IMG/VR virus record: IMGVR_UViG_3300049137_000165
Coordinates: 1-38,397 of that record
DNA from: a virus
Lineage: Duplodnaviria; Caudoviricetes
DNA: 38,397 nt
Strand: one strand, 5' to 3'
In this document: positions 1-8,486 of the stretch, one piece after another
Numbering within the stretch: the first letter of the stretch is position 1
How the letters are laid out: every line of letters begins with the position of its first letter
The notes under the pieces: model-generated
What the model was told of the DNA's origin: nothing
The model's input: the letters and a program-made list of their open reading frames with translations, nothing else
The model's database searches: none
Program-made: the position numbers and the translations under genes

Positions 1-96
1 CATGCCCTGTAGGGGCTTTGAGACCTCACGGGCGCGCCCGTCAGATGACGCGATTGTAGTCGGGGATCGTGCCAAGGGTGGTAGGAAGTTGCCCAA

Positions 97-319
97 CGCC
101 GGCCCCGCGGATTATGCGGGGCCGGGCGGGTGGGGCCGCCGTGGCCAGGGCCGGGCACCTGGCGGGCTGCGATCCACGCAGGGTCCGCCCCGGCCTGGCG
201 GCCTGCCACCCAGCTGGTGGGGGGCGGGCCGTTTCACCCAATCCCGCATATGCGCACGTGGCGAGGGGTTTCACAGCAGATCCACACGATCGGTGGATGA
301 AAAACCCCGACGAATGTGC
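97..319 (+). other. Cluster of GC-rich stem-loops upstream of parA (possible structured RNA or ssDNA signal)
   Basis: CCGGCCCCGC 99-108 / GCGGGGCCGG 116-125; nested stems 128-211; GGGGTTT 265-271 / AAACCCC 302-308 enclosing ATCCAC 280-285 / GTGGAT 293-298; no convincing ORF. Confidence 0.4.
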
Positions 320-611
320 CCCTATTAGACAAGTTGTCGACTGGATCTGACCGAACCCTGACAGGCCGTCAGCGGTTTGGCCGGAAACCACACGCCACAT
401 CTGCGCCGCCCAGGACCCGTTACCGCCGCGCCGCCCCGATAGGCTCAGCGCGCGCCCGCGAAAACAGCGGTGCCCCGTCCGGAGCAGGCCGGGGCACCAC
501 ACGGGCCATCAGGACGCACCAACCCCTGTGAAGGAAAGATCGCATGACGGCAACCAGCCCCGAGCCTAGCGGCCCAACTCGCCTCCCGTGCATGGCCCCG
601 GGGGTGTCCCA

Positions 612-1412
612 GTGAAGACCAGCACGCTGCCGCGACAGCGGTTGCAGGAAGTCACCAAGCTGATGATGTCCCGCGATGAAGTCCTGGACGTCATCAAGCA
701 ACTGGGCTGCCTGATCATCGGCGTCGGCATGCTCAAGGGCGGCACCGGCAAGACCACGTCCACCATCTACCTCGCCCTGTACCTGGCCAAGATGCTCAGC
801 CTGCGGGTGTGCGTCGTAGACACTGACGACAACTCCCAGACCGTCGACAACTGGTACAAGGTCAGGGAACGCCGCGGCGAAGACGTCCCCTTCGACCTGG
901 TCACCTACGACCCGAAGGACGAAGACGGGCCGGACTTCGACGACGTTCTTGAGCAACTCGCCGCGTCGTACGACGTGATCCTGGTCGATGTTGGCGGTGC
1001 CGGTAAGGAGACCTACTGGGAGCTCTCGAAGACGGCTCACATGCTGCTGCTGCCGATGGCGCCTTCCGGGTTCGAGACGACCCGTATGCCGGCGACGCTG
1101 AAGCAGGCGTCCCGGGGTGGGAAGCAGAACCAGAACCGGTTCAAGGTGTTCCTGGTCCTCGTCAAGTGCGACAACCGGACCACGCTGCCGGAGGAGCAGC
1201 AGGCGGCTCTCGAGGGCGCTCTGGAGGCGCTGGAGGCCACTCATCAGTTGCGGGTGGCCGTTGACCTCGTGAACGAGGACTTCAACGTGAGCAACGCGAC
1301 GCACTACCCGCGGTCCTGGGACCACACGCCGAAGACACCCGACCTGGAGGAGTACGGGGTGCTGTTCCGCTACATGATGAAGCAGTGGGCGGCGACGGAG
1401 CTGGCTGCCTGA
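612..1412 (+). CDS. parA: ParA family partition ATPase
   Basis: Deviant Walker A KGGTGKTT, VVDTD, YDVILVD Walker B. GTG at 612 follows a G-rich RBS; alternative start 588. Confidence 0.9.
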   Translation: MKTSTLPRQRLQEVTKLMMSRDEVLDVIKQLGCLIIGVGMLKGGTGKTTSTIYLALYLAKMLSLRVCVVDTDDNSQTVDNWYKVRERRGEDVPFDLVTYDPKDEDGPDFDDVLEQLAASYDVILVDVGGAGKETYWELSKTAHMLLLPMAPSGFETTRMPATLKQASRGGKQNQNRFKVFLVLVKCDNRTTLPEEQQAALEGALEALEATHQLRVAVDLVNEDFNVSNATHYPRSWDHTPKTPDLEEYGVLFRYMMKQWAATELAA

Positions 1413-2341
1413 TGGCCCGCGTATCGGTAGGAGCGAAGCAGGACGGCAGGGAGAGTCCGGCGGAGCGGCGCCGCCGGGAGGCGCGCGAGGCTGCCCGGGC
1501 GGCCGCGGCCGAGTCCGGTCCCGCACGGCGGGGCGAGGACGACGAGCAGCAGCAGAACGACGGTCAGCCGCCCGTCTCCGCAGCCGCGGCCGGAGCCGCC
1601 ATCCCGGGTCCCGCCGCGGAGATGCCGACCACCCTGGAAGACAAGGCCGCTGCCGCGTCCGCGCTCAATGCGGCCTTGCCGGACCCAGAAGCCGATCCGG
1701 CCGATCAGCTGGCGGTGTGCGAGCGCGGCATCCACGCCGCGAAGGCCCGCTGGACGGCGAAGGTGGAAGGTGCCAACGATGCGTTCATCGAGGAGGCCGG
1801 CCCGTACCTGGCGTGGGTGCACCAGCACAAGCTGTACAAGCTGATGCTGGACGGATCCGGGAAGCCGTACCGGTCGTTCGCGAAGTACCTGAAGGAGCAG
1901 CACGACCTGACGCGGCGCAGCGGGTACCGGATCACGCAGACGATTCCGTTGTTGAAGGTCCTGAAAGACGGCGGGTATCCGCTGCCCGACCTGTCGGCGC
2001 GGCAGGTCGATGCGCTGCATCCGGTGCGTACCCAGCATGGTGATGATGCGGTGCTGAGGGTGTGGGTGGCGGCCTGGGAGACGAAGAAGGGTCCGCTGCC
2101 GACGCCGGAGGAGCTGGAGAAGGCGAAGCATCTCCTCGGCCTGGTGACCAAGCCAGACGCTGAGGAGCAGGCGGAGTTGACTGCGGCGGCGAGCGACCCG
2201 GGTGCGGCAGTTGAGCGGGCGGCCAAGCTGCTGGTGCCGGCGACCGTACGCGAAGCCGTACAGAAGGACCCGGAGCGCGTCCGCAGTCTGGTGCGGGTCC
2301 TGAGCGCTGCTCTCACCGAGGCGGGTGTGCCTGTGGACTGA
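1412..2341 (+). CDS. Putative centromere-binding partition protein (non-canonical ParB partner)
   Basis: TGATG-coupled to parA; low-complexity N-terminus, then helical motif GPYLAWVHQHKLYK...YRSFAKYLKEQHDLTRRSGYRI; palindromes immediately downstream. Confidence 0.65.
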   Translation: MARVSVGAKQDGRESPAERRRREAREAARAAAAESGPARRGEDDEQQQNDGQPPVSAAAAGAAIPGPAAEMPTTLEDKAAAASALNAALPDPEADPADQLAVCERGIHAAKARWTAKVEGANDAFIEEAGPYLAWVHQHKLYKLMLDGSGKPYRSFAKYLKEQHDLTRRSGYRITQTIPLLKVLKDGGYPLPDLSARQVDALHPVRTQHGDDAVLRVWVAAWETKKGPLPTPEELEKAKHLLGLVTKPDAEEQAELTAAASDPGAAVERAAKLLVPATVREAVQKDPERVRSLVRVLSAALTEAGVPVD

Positions 2342-2353
2342 GAGGCCGGGTTT

Positions 2354-2441
2354 TGTGCCACATGTGGCACACTTTCTGGCTCAAGGCCCGGCGTCCTGTG
2401 TGGACGGCCGGGCCGCTGGTTTTTGTGCCACATGTGGCACA
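2354..2441. repeat. Two copies of perfect 18-bp palindrome TGTGCCACATGTGGCACA (2354-2371, 2424-2441); candidate parS
   Basis: Exact palindrome, repeated 70 bp apart, both copies preceded by TTT and followed by CT, directly after the par operon. Confidence 0.75.
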
Positions 2442-2458
2442 CTCTCGCGGCCCCGGGT

Positions 2459-2593
2459 CTAGTCGTCGTCCTTGAGGTCGTCGTCGCTGCCGTAGGGCTG
2501 CCCGTCCGTATACGCGGGCTCGCGGAACAGGTCGCCTCGTTCCCACAGGGGACGCACGTGTATGGCCTCGGCGGGGGGCGTGGCGGTGGCCAT
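2459..2593 (-). CDS. Small acidic hypothetical protein (44 aa)
   Basis: ATG overlaps the upstream stop (TGATG); typical GC3 bias. Confidence 0.45.
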   Translation of the reverse strand: MATATPPAEAIHVRPLWERGDLFREPAYTDGQPYGSDDDLKDDD

Positions 2594-2796
2594 CACAGGC
2601 TCCTCATCAGGTTGTCGAGCATCTGCCGTTCCACCGCTGCCAGGTAAGCATCGCGGGCGTCCTGGCCCTCGAGGTGGGTGTGGGCGAACTGCCAGTCCAT
2701 GGTGGCGGACCAGCAGGCTTGCTCCATTACGTGGAAGTCTCCGTGGAGAAGGCACATGGTCGGCTGGACGGGCGGGGCTGATGGAGTGGCGAGCAT
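2593..2796 (-). CDS. Hypothetical protein (67 aa)
   Basis: GGAG RBS before ATG; coupled to the downstream ORF. Confidence 0.55.
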   Translation of the reverse strand: MLATPSAPPVQPTMCLLHGDFHVMEQACWSATMDWQFAHTHLEGQDARDAYLAAVERQMLDNLMRSL

Positions 2797-2863
2797 GGCG
2801 GCTCCGTTCGTACGCGGTGATCACGGCTACCGTGCACCAGATCCGCCCGGGTGTTCCCCCGGC

Positions 2864-3100
2864 TCAGGCCTCGCCGTCCAACTCCGCCTTACGCAGGCAC
2901 AGGATGGCCTCTCGCCACGTCTCTGGGGTGTAGCCATGGGCGACGTGTTCCGCCAAGATCTCGATGATCCGGGGCTGAAGGAGTTCGTAGTCGTCGTACA
3001 CCAGGGCGCGCGCTTCACGCCGGTTGCCGTTGACGAGGCAGGTGACGATGGCCAGTGCACCGTCTAGTGCGACCTCGTTGTGGGTGTGCTTGTGCGGCAC
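2864..3100 (-). CDS. Hypothetical protein (78 aa)
   Basis: GGAGG RBS before GTG 3100; globular-looking sequence. Confidence 0.6.
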   Translation of the reverse strand: MPHKHTHNEVALDGALAIVTCLVNGNRREARALVYDDYELLQPRIIEILAEHVAHGYTPETWREAILCLRKAELDGEA

Positions 3101-3165
3101 GGTGCCTCCCGGGTTGGGTCTCGTCTGTTCTGACGTCGCACCGCGGGGATCGTCCGGCAAGGCCG

Positions 3166-3975
3166 TCACGCAACGTCGAAGGCGCGGCGGGGCACGGATC
3201 CTCCGGCGCGTTCCTTGCGGGCGTAGGCGCGTGCGCGGGCGAGGGATTCCTCCACGCTGCCCGGCGCAGGCCCGGATATGGCGTCCGCTTGGGCCCAGAC
3301 GGCGTCGCCGTGCTCGTCCTCGTCCTGCCGACCCGCTCGCAGGGCGGCCTCCTGGCGGCGCATGGCCTCGGCCACGTACGGGTTGACCTCGGGTGCGGGC
3401 GGCCGGTGCTCGAGGACGACGGCGCGCGCGTCCTGGTAGCCGGGGCAGCCGTCGTCCCGGGTCTTCACCGGCACCTCGGGGACGGCCGCGGCCTTCTGCT
3501 CGGGCTGGCCCGCAATGTCATCCTCGGTGGCACGCGGTGTCCCGCCGGGGGCGAGGATGCGCAGCCCGCGAACGGACCGGCTGCCGGTCTTCTCCTGGAT
3601 GCGGCGCAGCGTCTGAGCCTGGAACATGCGCAACTGGGTGGCGTACGCCGGGGATGCGGGGCGCAGGTGCAGGATGCCGGTGTCGTGCTCGAAGCGTTCC
3701 GCGGTCACTTTGTCGGCGAGTTCCGGGGCGATGGTGGGCCACTGGTCGATGATGCTGCCGCCCTGCTCGGGTGTCTCCCAGCCGCGGTCGGTCATCATCC
3801 CGGTGATGGCGGCGGACAGGGCGAGCGGGTCGCGGCCACCGGTGCGGTCTTCCCTTCGGGTGCGGCGGGTCTTCCGCGTCGGGTCGGCCGGCCTGGTCTT
3901 GGCGGCGGCGCGGGCGGCGGCCAGAGCAGCGCGGGCGAGGTCGACGCCGGACGCAGGCGGCTGGGTGTCGGTCAT
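3166..3975 (-). CDS. dciA: DciA / DUF721 family replicative helicase loader with C-terminal extension
   Basis: DLARAALAAAR...GRDPLALSAAITGMMTDRGWE...QWPTIAPELA...PASPAYATQLRM...VRGLRI follows the actinobacterial DUF721 pattern; ATGA-coupled to rep. Confidence 0.8.
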   Translation of the reverse strand: MTDTQPPASGVDLARAALAAARAAAKTRPADPTRKTRRTRREDRTGGRDPLALSAAITGMMTDRGWETPEQGGSIIDQWPTIAPELADKVTAERFEHDTGILHLRPASPAYATQLRMFQAQTLRRIQEKTGSRSVRGLRILAPGGTPRATEDDIAGQPEQKAAAVPEVPVKTRDDGCPGYQDARAVVLEHRPPAPEVNPYVAEAMRRQEAALRAGRQDEDEHGDAVWAQADAISGPAPGSVEESLARARAYARKERAGGSVPRRAFDVA

Positions 3976-5285
3976 GCGGGGCTCCTGTTGAGGAAGGCGA
4001 GGATGTCGGCTTCGGCGTTCCAGGTGGTGGTGTCGGCGCCGGACAGGTCGTCGTGGCCGCGGGCGCGCATGGCCTGCTGGTAGCGGGCCTGGCCCTGACG
4101 CAGGCCGGTCATGAAGTCCAGGCGGGCTGCGGTGGAGGCCTGGAAAGCGCCGACGGTGGGGTTCTCCAGCTCGTAGCGGGCCGCAGCGGCTTCACGACGG
4201 GCAGCGGTCTCGGAACGGTCGGTGAGGACGGTGCGGATGTAGTTCGCCGGCGCTTTGGGCCGCCAACGCAGACCGGAGCACAGGCCGTGCAGGTAGGCGG
4301 CGATGGCGTAGGCGTCCATGCCGTGGTCGATGAGCGGCCGCAACGCGAAGGCCAGGCGGCGCAGCTTCTCCCGCTGGGTCCAGTTCACCAACGGGCGCAC
4401 CTGGCGGGCGATGCGGATGTCGGCGGCGACCTGGAGGGCGTGCCGCCCGGTCCTGTTGCTGCCGCTGTTGTTCGTCGATGGCCGGGTGGGGGATTCGCTG
4501 TCTCGACTCGCTTGCGAGGTGTAGTTACTACCCTCCACTACCTTCAGCTTTCCCTCTTCTTCTACCCAGGTAAGGGAAGGGGGCTCAAGGCCCTGCGAAC
4601 GGGAGTTATCCACAGGGGGGTTATCCACAGGCTCGGAGGTCTCTGAGACGGCCTCGGCGGGGGCCTGGCGGCCACGCTGGTCGATGATGATGCGCGCCTG
4701 GTATCCGGAGCCGATGATCGTGTGCCCCATGGCGTGGTCGTAGCAGGGCGGGATGACCGCGGCGTACACGGTGGCGGTGGCGGCGTAGCCCTTGAGCCCC
4801 ATCAGACGGCGGACGTTGATCCGGGTGCCGTGCTGCACCCACGCCAGCGCACCGAGCTCCCGCAGGTAGCCGATGTGCCGCTTCACGGAGGCCCGGGACA
4901 TGCCGAGCCGTGCCGCCATGTCGTCGAGGCCGTAGCGGACGTGTCCGGTGTCGTAGTCCATGCGGTCGGCCAGGTCCTCGGCGACGCGCAGCGTGGTAGC
5001 GGACGCGCGCGGGTGCAGGCCGGCTGCGATCAACCATTCCACGGCGCGACGCCACCGACGCGGGCCGCTCCTGCGCGACTTGGTGTGGGACACCTCCTGG
5101 CAGGCGCCGCGCACTGGAGCGAACCGATCACCACTGTAGTCGTACGCGTGTTCGAAATCAGGGGTGGGAGTGTGCGTGTCGCGTGACGTCTGGGGGCACT
5201 GGGTGTCGCCCGTCTCGGGGGAGATAAGCCGCGAATCGCCCGTACGAGGGGAGGGAAGCTGACAAGGAAGGGTGCGCTGAGGCAC
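3972..5285 (-). CDS. Putative replication initiator (HTH, RepA-like)
   Basis: Winged-HTH-like LDDMAARLGMSRASVKRHIGYLRELGAL; central linker encodes PVDNPPVDN over DnaA boxes; C-terminal PANYIRTVL; coupled to dciA. Confidence 0.7.
   Translation of the reverse strand: MPQRTLPCQLPSPRTGDSRLISPETGDTQCPQTSRDTHTPTPDFEHAYDYSGDRFAPVRGACQEVSHTKSRRSGPRRWRRAVEWLIAAGLHPRASATTLRVAEDLADRMDYDTGHVRYGLDDMAARLGMSRASVKRHIGYLRELGALAWVQHGTRINVRRLMGLKGYAATATVYAAVIPPCYDHAMGHTIIGSGYQARIIIDQRGRQAPAEAVSETSEPVDNPPVDNSRSQGLEPPSLTWVEEEGKLKVVEGSNYTSQASRDSESPTRPSTNNSGSNRTGRHALQVAADIRIARQVRPLVNWTQREKLRRLAFALRPLIDHGMDAYAIAAYLHGLCSGLRWRPKAPANYIRTVLTDRSETAARREAAAARYELENPTVGAFQASTAARLDFMTGLRQGQARYQQAMRARGHDDLSGADTTTWNAEADILAFLNRSPA
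4606..4629 (+). promoter_or_regulatory. Two consensus DnaA boxes TTATCCACA (4606-4614, 4621-4629); candidate origin inside rep
   Basis: Exact consensus matches in tandem, next to a lower-GC pyrimidine-rich stretch (~4525-4575). Confidence 0.75.
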
Positions 5286-5311
5286 TATGTACCTGCCGTC
5301 CTGCGGACATG

Positions 5312-5514
5312 AAAAAGCCCGCCTGGTGGTGAAGGTGGTTCTGGAGAACCTGATGGACGCCCTCGGGGTGGCACCCGATGGGCCTTAGCTCGGTCCTGGC
5401 AGACCGGGCAGTGGTACGAGGCCGTGAACTCCGGCCGGTGGGTGGCACCACCAAACGGACTCAGCGGCCAGGCGGTAGAGGAAGCGCTCCCCGGCAAGGG
5501 AGCGGCAGGACCTC
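5312..5514 (-). promoter_or_regulatory. Structured leader / attenuator-like element upstream of rep
   Basis: Long-range stem 5319-5326 / 5468-5475 followed on the minus strand by U5 (5312-5316); four internal hairpins; alternative pairing 5324-5331 / 5446-5453. Confidence 0.5.
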
Positions 5515-5530
5515 CCGCCTCAGCTACTCG

Positions 5531-5959
5531 CTACGTCATCTGCTTCCTCTCAGGTGGATCGCTCTTGGCCGTCCGCCAGGCGCCCAGACTGGTAACGCCC
5601 TGATTCACGGAGTCGGCACGGTCAGCAGCCGCCAGAAGCGCCATCGCGAGGCGACGGGCGTCGGTGGGGCGCATGGGGATGAAGTCCAACTGGCGTTCCC
5701 AGTCGTGCTTCACGTAGGGGTCCGGTTGGGCGACGTAGACGCAGTCGCTGGTCTCTGAGTCGTCTACAGCCCGCACGAGCCAGAGGGGAGGCGTGGTGGC
5801 GAAGGGCGCGTCCTGCACGATGCGCCACTCGTGTCCGGCCATGCCGTGCTCGGGCGGGTTGATGACATCGGGCTTGGGCCGTTCCGCGCTGTCGGCGACG
5901 GCGACCAGCCGGTGCAGCTCGTTACGGATGTCGGCCAGGGAAAGGTCATCCGCGTTCAT
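5531..5959 (-). CDS. Hypothetical protein (142 aa)
   Basis: ATG 2 nt after the upstream stop; C-terminal DARRLAMALLAAAD amphipathic helix typical of actinophage proteins. Confidence 0.65.
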   Translation of the reverse strand: MNADDLSLADIRNELHRLVAVADSAERPKPDVINPPEHGMAGHEWRIVQDAPFATTPPLWLVRAVDDSETSDCVYVAQPDPYVKHDWERQLDFIPMRPTDARRLAMALLAAADRADSVNQGVTSLGAWRTAKSDPPERKQMT

Positions 5960-5961
5960 CG

Positions 5962-6168
5962 TCACAGCTCCCACTTCCAGTGCAGGAAGCCGATGACGGC
6001 GCCAGCCCCCAGGAGTCCGCCCAGCATGAAGTTCCCCAGCATCACCACGTCGGGGTCCAGGCTCGGCCACGCCCAGTGCACGGCGAAGGGCAGCGAGAAG
6101 ACGACCGCCGTGACGGCTACGGCGAGCACAGTGGCTACCAGCCAAGGAGAAGGACGGCGGCTGCTCAT
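5962..6168 (-). CDS. Small membrane protein (2 predicted TM helices)
   Basis: Two hydrophobic stretches; ATGA overlap with the upstream gene. Confidence 0.65.
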   Translation of the reverse strand: MSSRRPSPWLVATVLAVAVTAVVFSLPFAVHWAWPSLDPDVVMLGNFMLGGLLGAGAVIGFLHWKWEL

Positions 6169-6479
6169 CGCCCGCTCCCTGCTGCTCGACGCTGACGGGT
6201 GATCTCGTCCATCTCCGCTGCGGTCCTGCCGGAAGCAAGGTCGGACACTGCTTCGGTTACGCAGTCCAGGCAGCGCAGGTCTTCCGCGAACTCGGAGATG
6301 TTGGCGTAGATGCTGCCAAGGGGGAAGAACGACAGTCGGTCGTTAGCGCCGCCTGCCCGGAGCCCGATGGCGCCGATGATCGGGCCTCGGTTGCATTCGC
6401 AGTAGTCCACCGGTTCGATGCCCAGCGAGGGAGCGTCCACGGTCGCGGTCCGGAACAGATTCCGGACGACGGCGGTCAC
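6165..6479 (-). CDS. Hypothetical protein with CxC and CxxC
   Basis: GTGA overlap at 6476-6479; YCEC and CLDC motifs. Confidence 0.55.
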   Translation of the reverse strand: MTAVVRNLFRTATVDAPSLGIEPVDYCECNRGPIIGAIGLRAGGANDRLSFFPLGSIYANISEFAEDLRCLDCVTEAVSDLASGRTAAEMDEITRQRRAAGSGR

Positions 6480-6592
6480 GCGACTGTGCGGGTAGTGGGG
6501 ACAGGGACCGTTCGCGCCAGCGGTGTGATGTTCACGCCGGGATTGCGGGTCCACCTGTCTACGGGGTCGGGTCCCCGGGTACTCTGAGCCAT
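6476..6592 (-). CDS. Possible 38-aa leader / hypothetical peptide
   Basis: GAAGGTG RBS before ATG 6592; stop overlaps the next start. Confidence 0.4.
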   Translation of the reverse strand: MAQSTRGPDPVDRWTRNPGVNITPLARTVPVPTTRTVA

Positions 6593-6831
6593 GTCGGCAC
6601 CTTCACTCGTCAGCAACCTGTGTGGTGTCGTCAGCCCTCGCGTTCCGGCTTCGCAAACCGGGACCGCCACCACGGTGGCAGCGGGGGCTTCCGACTTTGT
6701 CGGAGTGCGATCTCCGTGCAGCCTCGCAACTGACTGCACTTCAAGCGCAAGGCTCAGCCTACCGTTTGACCCCACCATCTGTCCCGATCTCCTTCCCTCC
6801 GTGTCGTATGTACTACTAGTCACACCGGAGT

Positions 6832-7248
6832 TCAGTGCTCGCGCGGATCTTCACCGTCCGCCGGATGCAACACCTGCGGCGCCACCAACCGCCGCGACCG
6901 GGCCACCGAACCACCCATCGCCAGGAAGCCCGCCTCCGCGAACTGGTCGGCTATCCGCTCCAACTGATCCCGATACAAACGCGGCGCCGACGACACCCGC
7001 CCCGCATGGAACCCCACCGCCAACGCCCGTTCCCACACCGCCTGAATGAGTACCGGGTCCCCGTCCGGCCACATGTCCCGCGCCAGCTTCTCCGGACGGC
7101 CCACCGTCTCCAACTGCGCATTGGCGATCAGCCCAGCCAGGAACTGGCCCGACGACATCGCCCGCCCGGTGAACACCGCGTCCGCACGCATCACCTCGAA
7201 CGCGTCGTCGGCGGCGGACGGGACAGGGGTGGTGGGGATCTCGGTCAT
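6832..7248 (-). CDS. Hypothetical protein (138 aa)
   Basis: ATGA-coupled to whiB-like gene; GGAG RBS. Confidence 0.65.
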   Translation of the reverse strand: MTEIPTTPVPSAADDAFEVMRADAVFTGRAMSSGQFLAGLIANAQLETVGRPEKLARDMWPDGDPVLIQAVWERALAVGFHAGRVSSAPRLYRDQLERIADQFAEAGFLAMGGSVARSRRLVAPQVLHPADGEDPREH

Positions 7249-8150
7249 GCGGCAGTCTCCAGACGCTCGTTGCTGGTGGGGAACAGGTCATGCACTTCGG
7301 CCAGGTCGGTCAGCTCGGCCTCCCACAGGGCGAGCTGGCCGTCGACGTCGGCGAACCGGTCCCGGCGCGGGGACGGAACACGCGTCGGCTCATACGGACC
7401 GTCCTCAGCGCGCGAGGCAGGGGGTTCGGCGCGCCCCGGGCCCGCGTCGGGCACGGAACGACACGGCCCCGGCGTCTCCTCAAGCACCGGCCCCGGGGCG
7501 GGCATCCGCGTAGGAGGCGGCACCGCCGGCACCGACCCGTCATCCGGCCGCACCTCCACGCCATCCAAAAGACCCCGCTCCCGGGCAACGGCCAGCGCCC
7601 GCATCCGCGACACGTCCTTCGGCAACCCCAGCAACCGAACCAGACTGGACCGCTGCCAGTTCGCCGTACGCACGTCGACACCAGCCCAAGCCGCCACGTC
7701 GTACGGATCCCAGAACGATGCCAGCGCCTTCAGCACCGCCTGCTTCTGCGGAGTCTCGAACCGCCGGTCCGGAGCAGCCGGCGCAGCATGCCGGGCCTTG
7801 ATGAGCGCCTTGTGCCGCTCCAAGCCCGTACGCCCGCCCCACACACCATCCGGCTCCGCCAGCTTCCCCTCCGGCGTGACCGAGTTCGCGTACACGTCGC
7901 AGGCCACCATCACCGGGCAGCCCAGGCACACCTCGATCGCCGCGTCCTCCCGGGCCCGACGCTCCTTCTGCCCCTCGCCCCCATCCACATCCGGCGCGTG
8001 ATGCGCACCCAACGGAAGCTCCGGATTCCCCGCCATGCGCTGCGGGTTGTCCGGATGCGGGGCGCACCCGCGGTATCGGAAGTGGCGGTGCTCCAGCCAC
8101 GCCTCACGCGCGCCCACAACACTCAACGGCTTGTCGGTGGTACCGGTCAT
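7245..8150 (-). CDS. WhiB-family transcription factor fused to a LuxR-like HTH
   Basis: C...CLGCPVMVAC...GVWGGRTGLER (Wbl signature), then TPQKQAVLKALA...DVAAWAGVDVRTANWQRSSLVRLLG...SRMRALAVARERGLL. Confidence 0.85.
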   Translation of the reverse strand: MTGTTDKPLSVVGAREAWLEHRHFRYRGCAPHPDNPQRMAGNPELPLGAHHAPDVDGGEGQKERRAREDAAIEVCLGCPVMVACDVYANSVTPEGKLAEPDGVWGGRTGLERHKALIKARHAAPAAPDRRFETPQKQAVLKALASFWDPYDVAAWAGVDVRTANWQRSSLVRLLGLPKDVSRMRALAVARERGLLDGVEVRPDDGSVPAVPPPTRMPAPGPVLEETPGPCRSVPDAGPGRAEPPASRAEDGPYEPTRVPSPRRDRFADVDGQLALWEAELTDLAEVHDLFPTSNERLETAA

Positions 8151-8473
8151 ACCGGACCCCCCTTCTCGTGCGGATCAACTCGGGTCGTGTGGGCAAGGGC
8201 AGCGGTCAGGACCTGGTCGGCCTCCGCGAGCACCGCACGCTGCGCCAGCACGGCGCCGATACGGTGCTGGAACGCCTCCATATCCCGGTGCAGACAACCG
8301 GCCGTCAGCCGGGACGACGCCCGCTCCCGCGCCAACTGCGCGTGCAGACGCCGCTCCCGACGAACAACGGCACAAACGGCGACCGCCGCGGCAAGAGCCG
8401 CGGCGGCCATAGCAGTACGAGTGAGCACGACACTCACCTCTCTTCCAGGGGAAGGAGCGGTCGGGGTGGACAT
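8147..8473 (-). CDS. Hypothetical protein with N-terminal hydrophobic helix
   Basis: AMAAAALAAAVAVCAVV segment; ATGA overlap with the whiB-like gene. Confidence 0.6.
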   Translation of the reverse strand: MSTPTAPSPGREVSVVLTRTAMAAAALAAAVAVCAVVRRERRLHAQLARERASSRLTAGCLHRDMEAFQHRIGAVLAQRAVLAEADQVLTAALAHTTRVDPHEKGGPV

Positions 8474-8486
8474 CAGCTGATGCCGG

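Noticed and set aside
1-60. Archetypal Streptomyces linear telomere
   Set aside because: No CCCGCGGAGCGGG start and no terminal-protein gene seen; the window edge may be arbitrary
5285-5530. 8-9-nt matches between the rep leader and the 17.5-17.9 kb RNA as antisense targets
   Set aside because: Number and length are about what two GC-rich segments of this size share by chance
6634-6742. tRNA gene (cloverleaf-like hairpins)
   Set aside because: No TTCRA T-loop, D-loop GG context, 7-nt anticodon loop or CCA end
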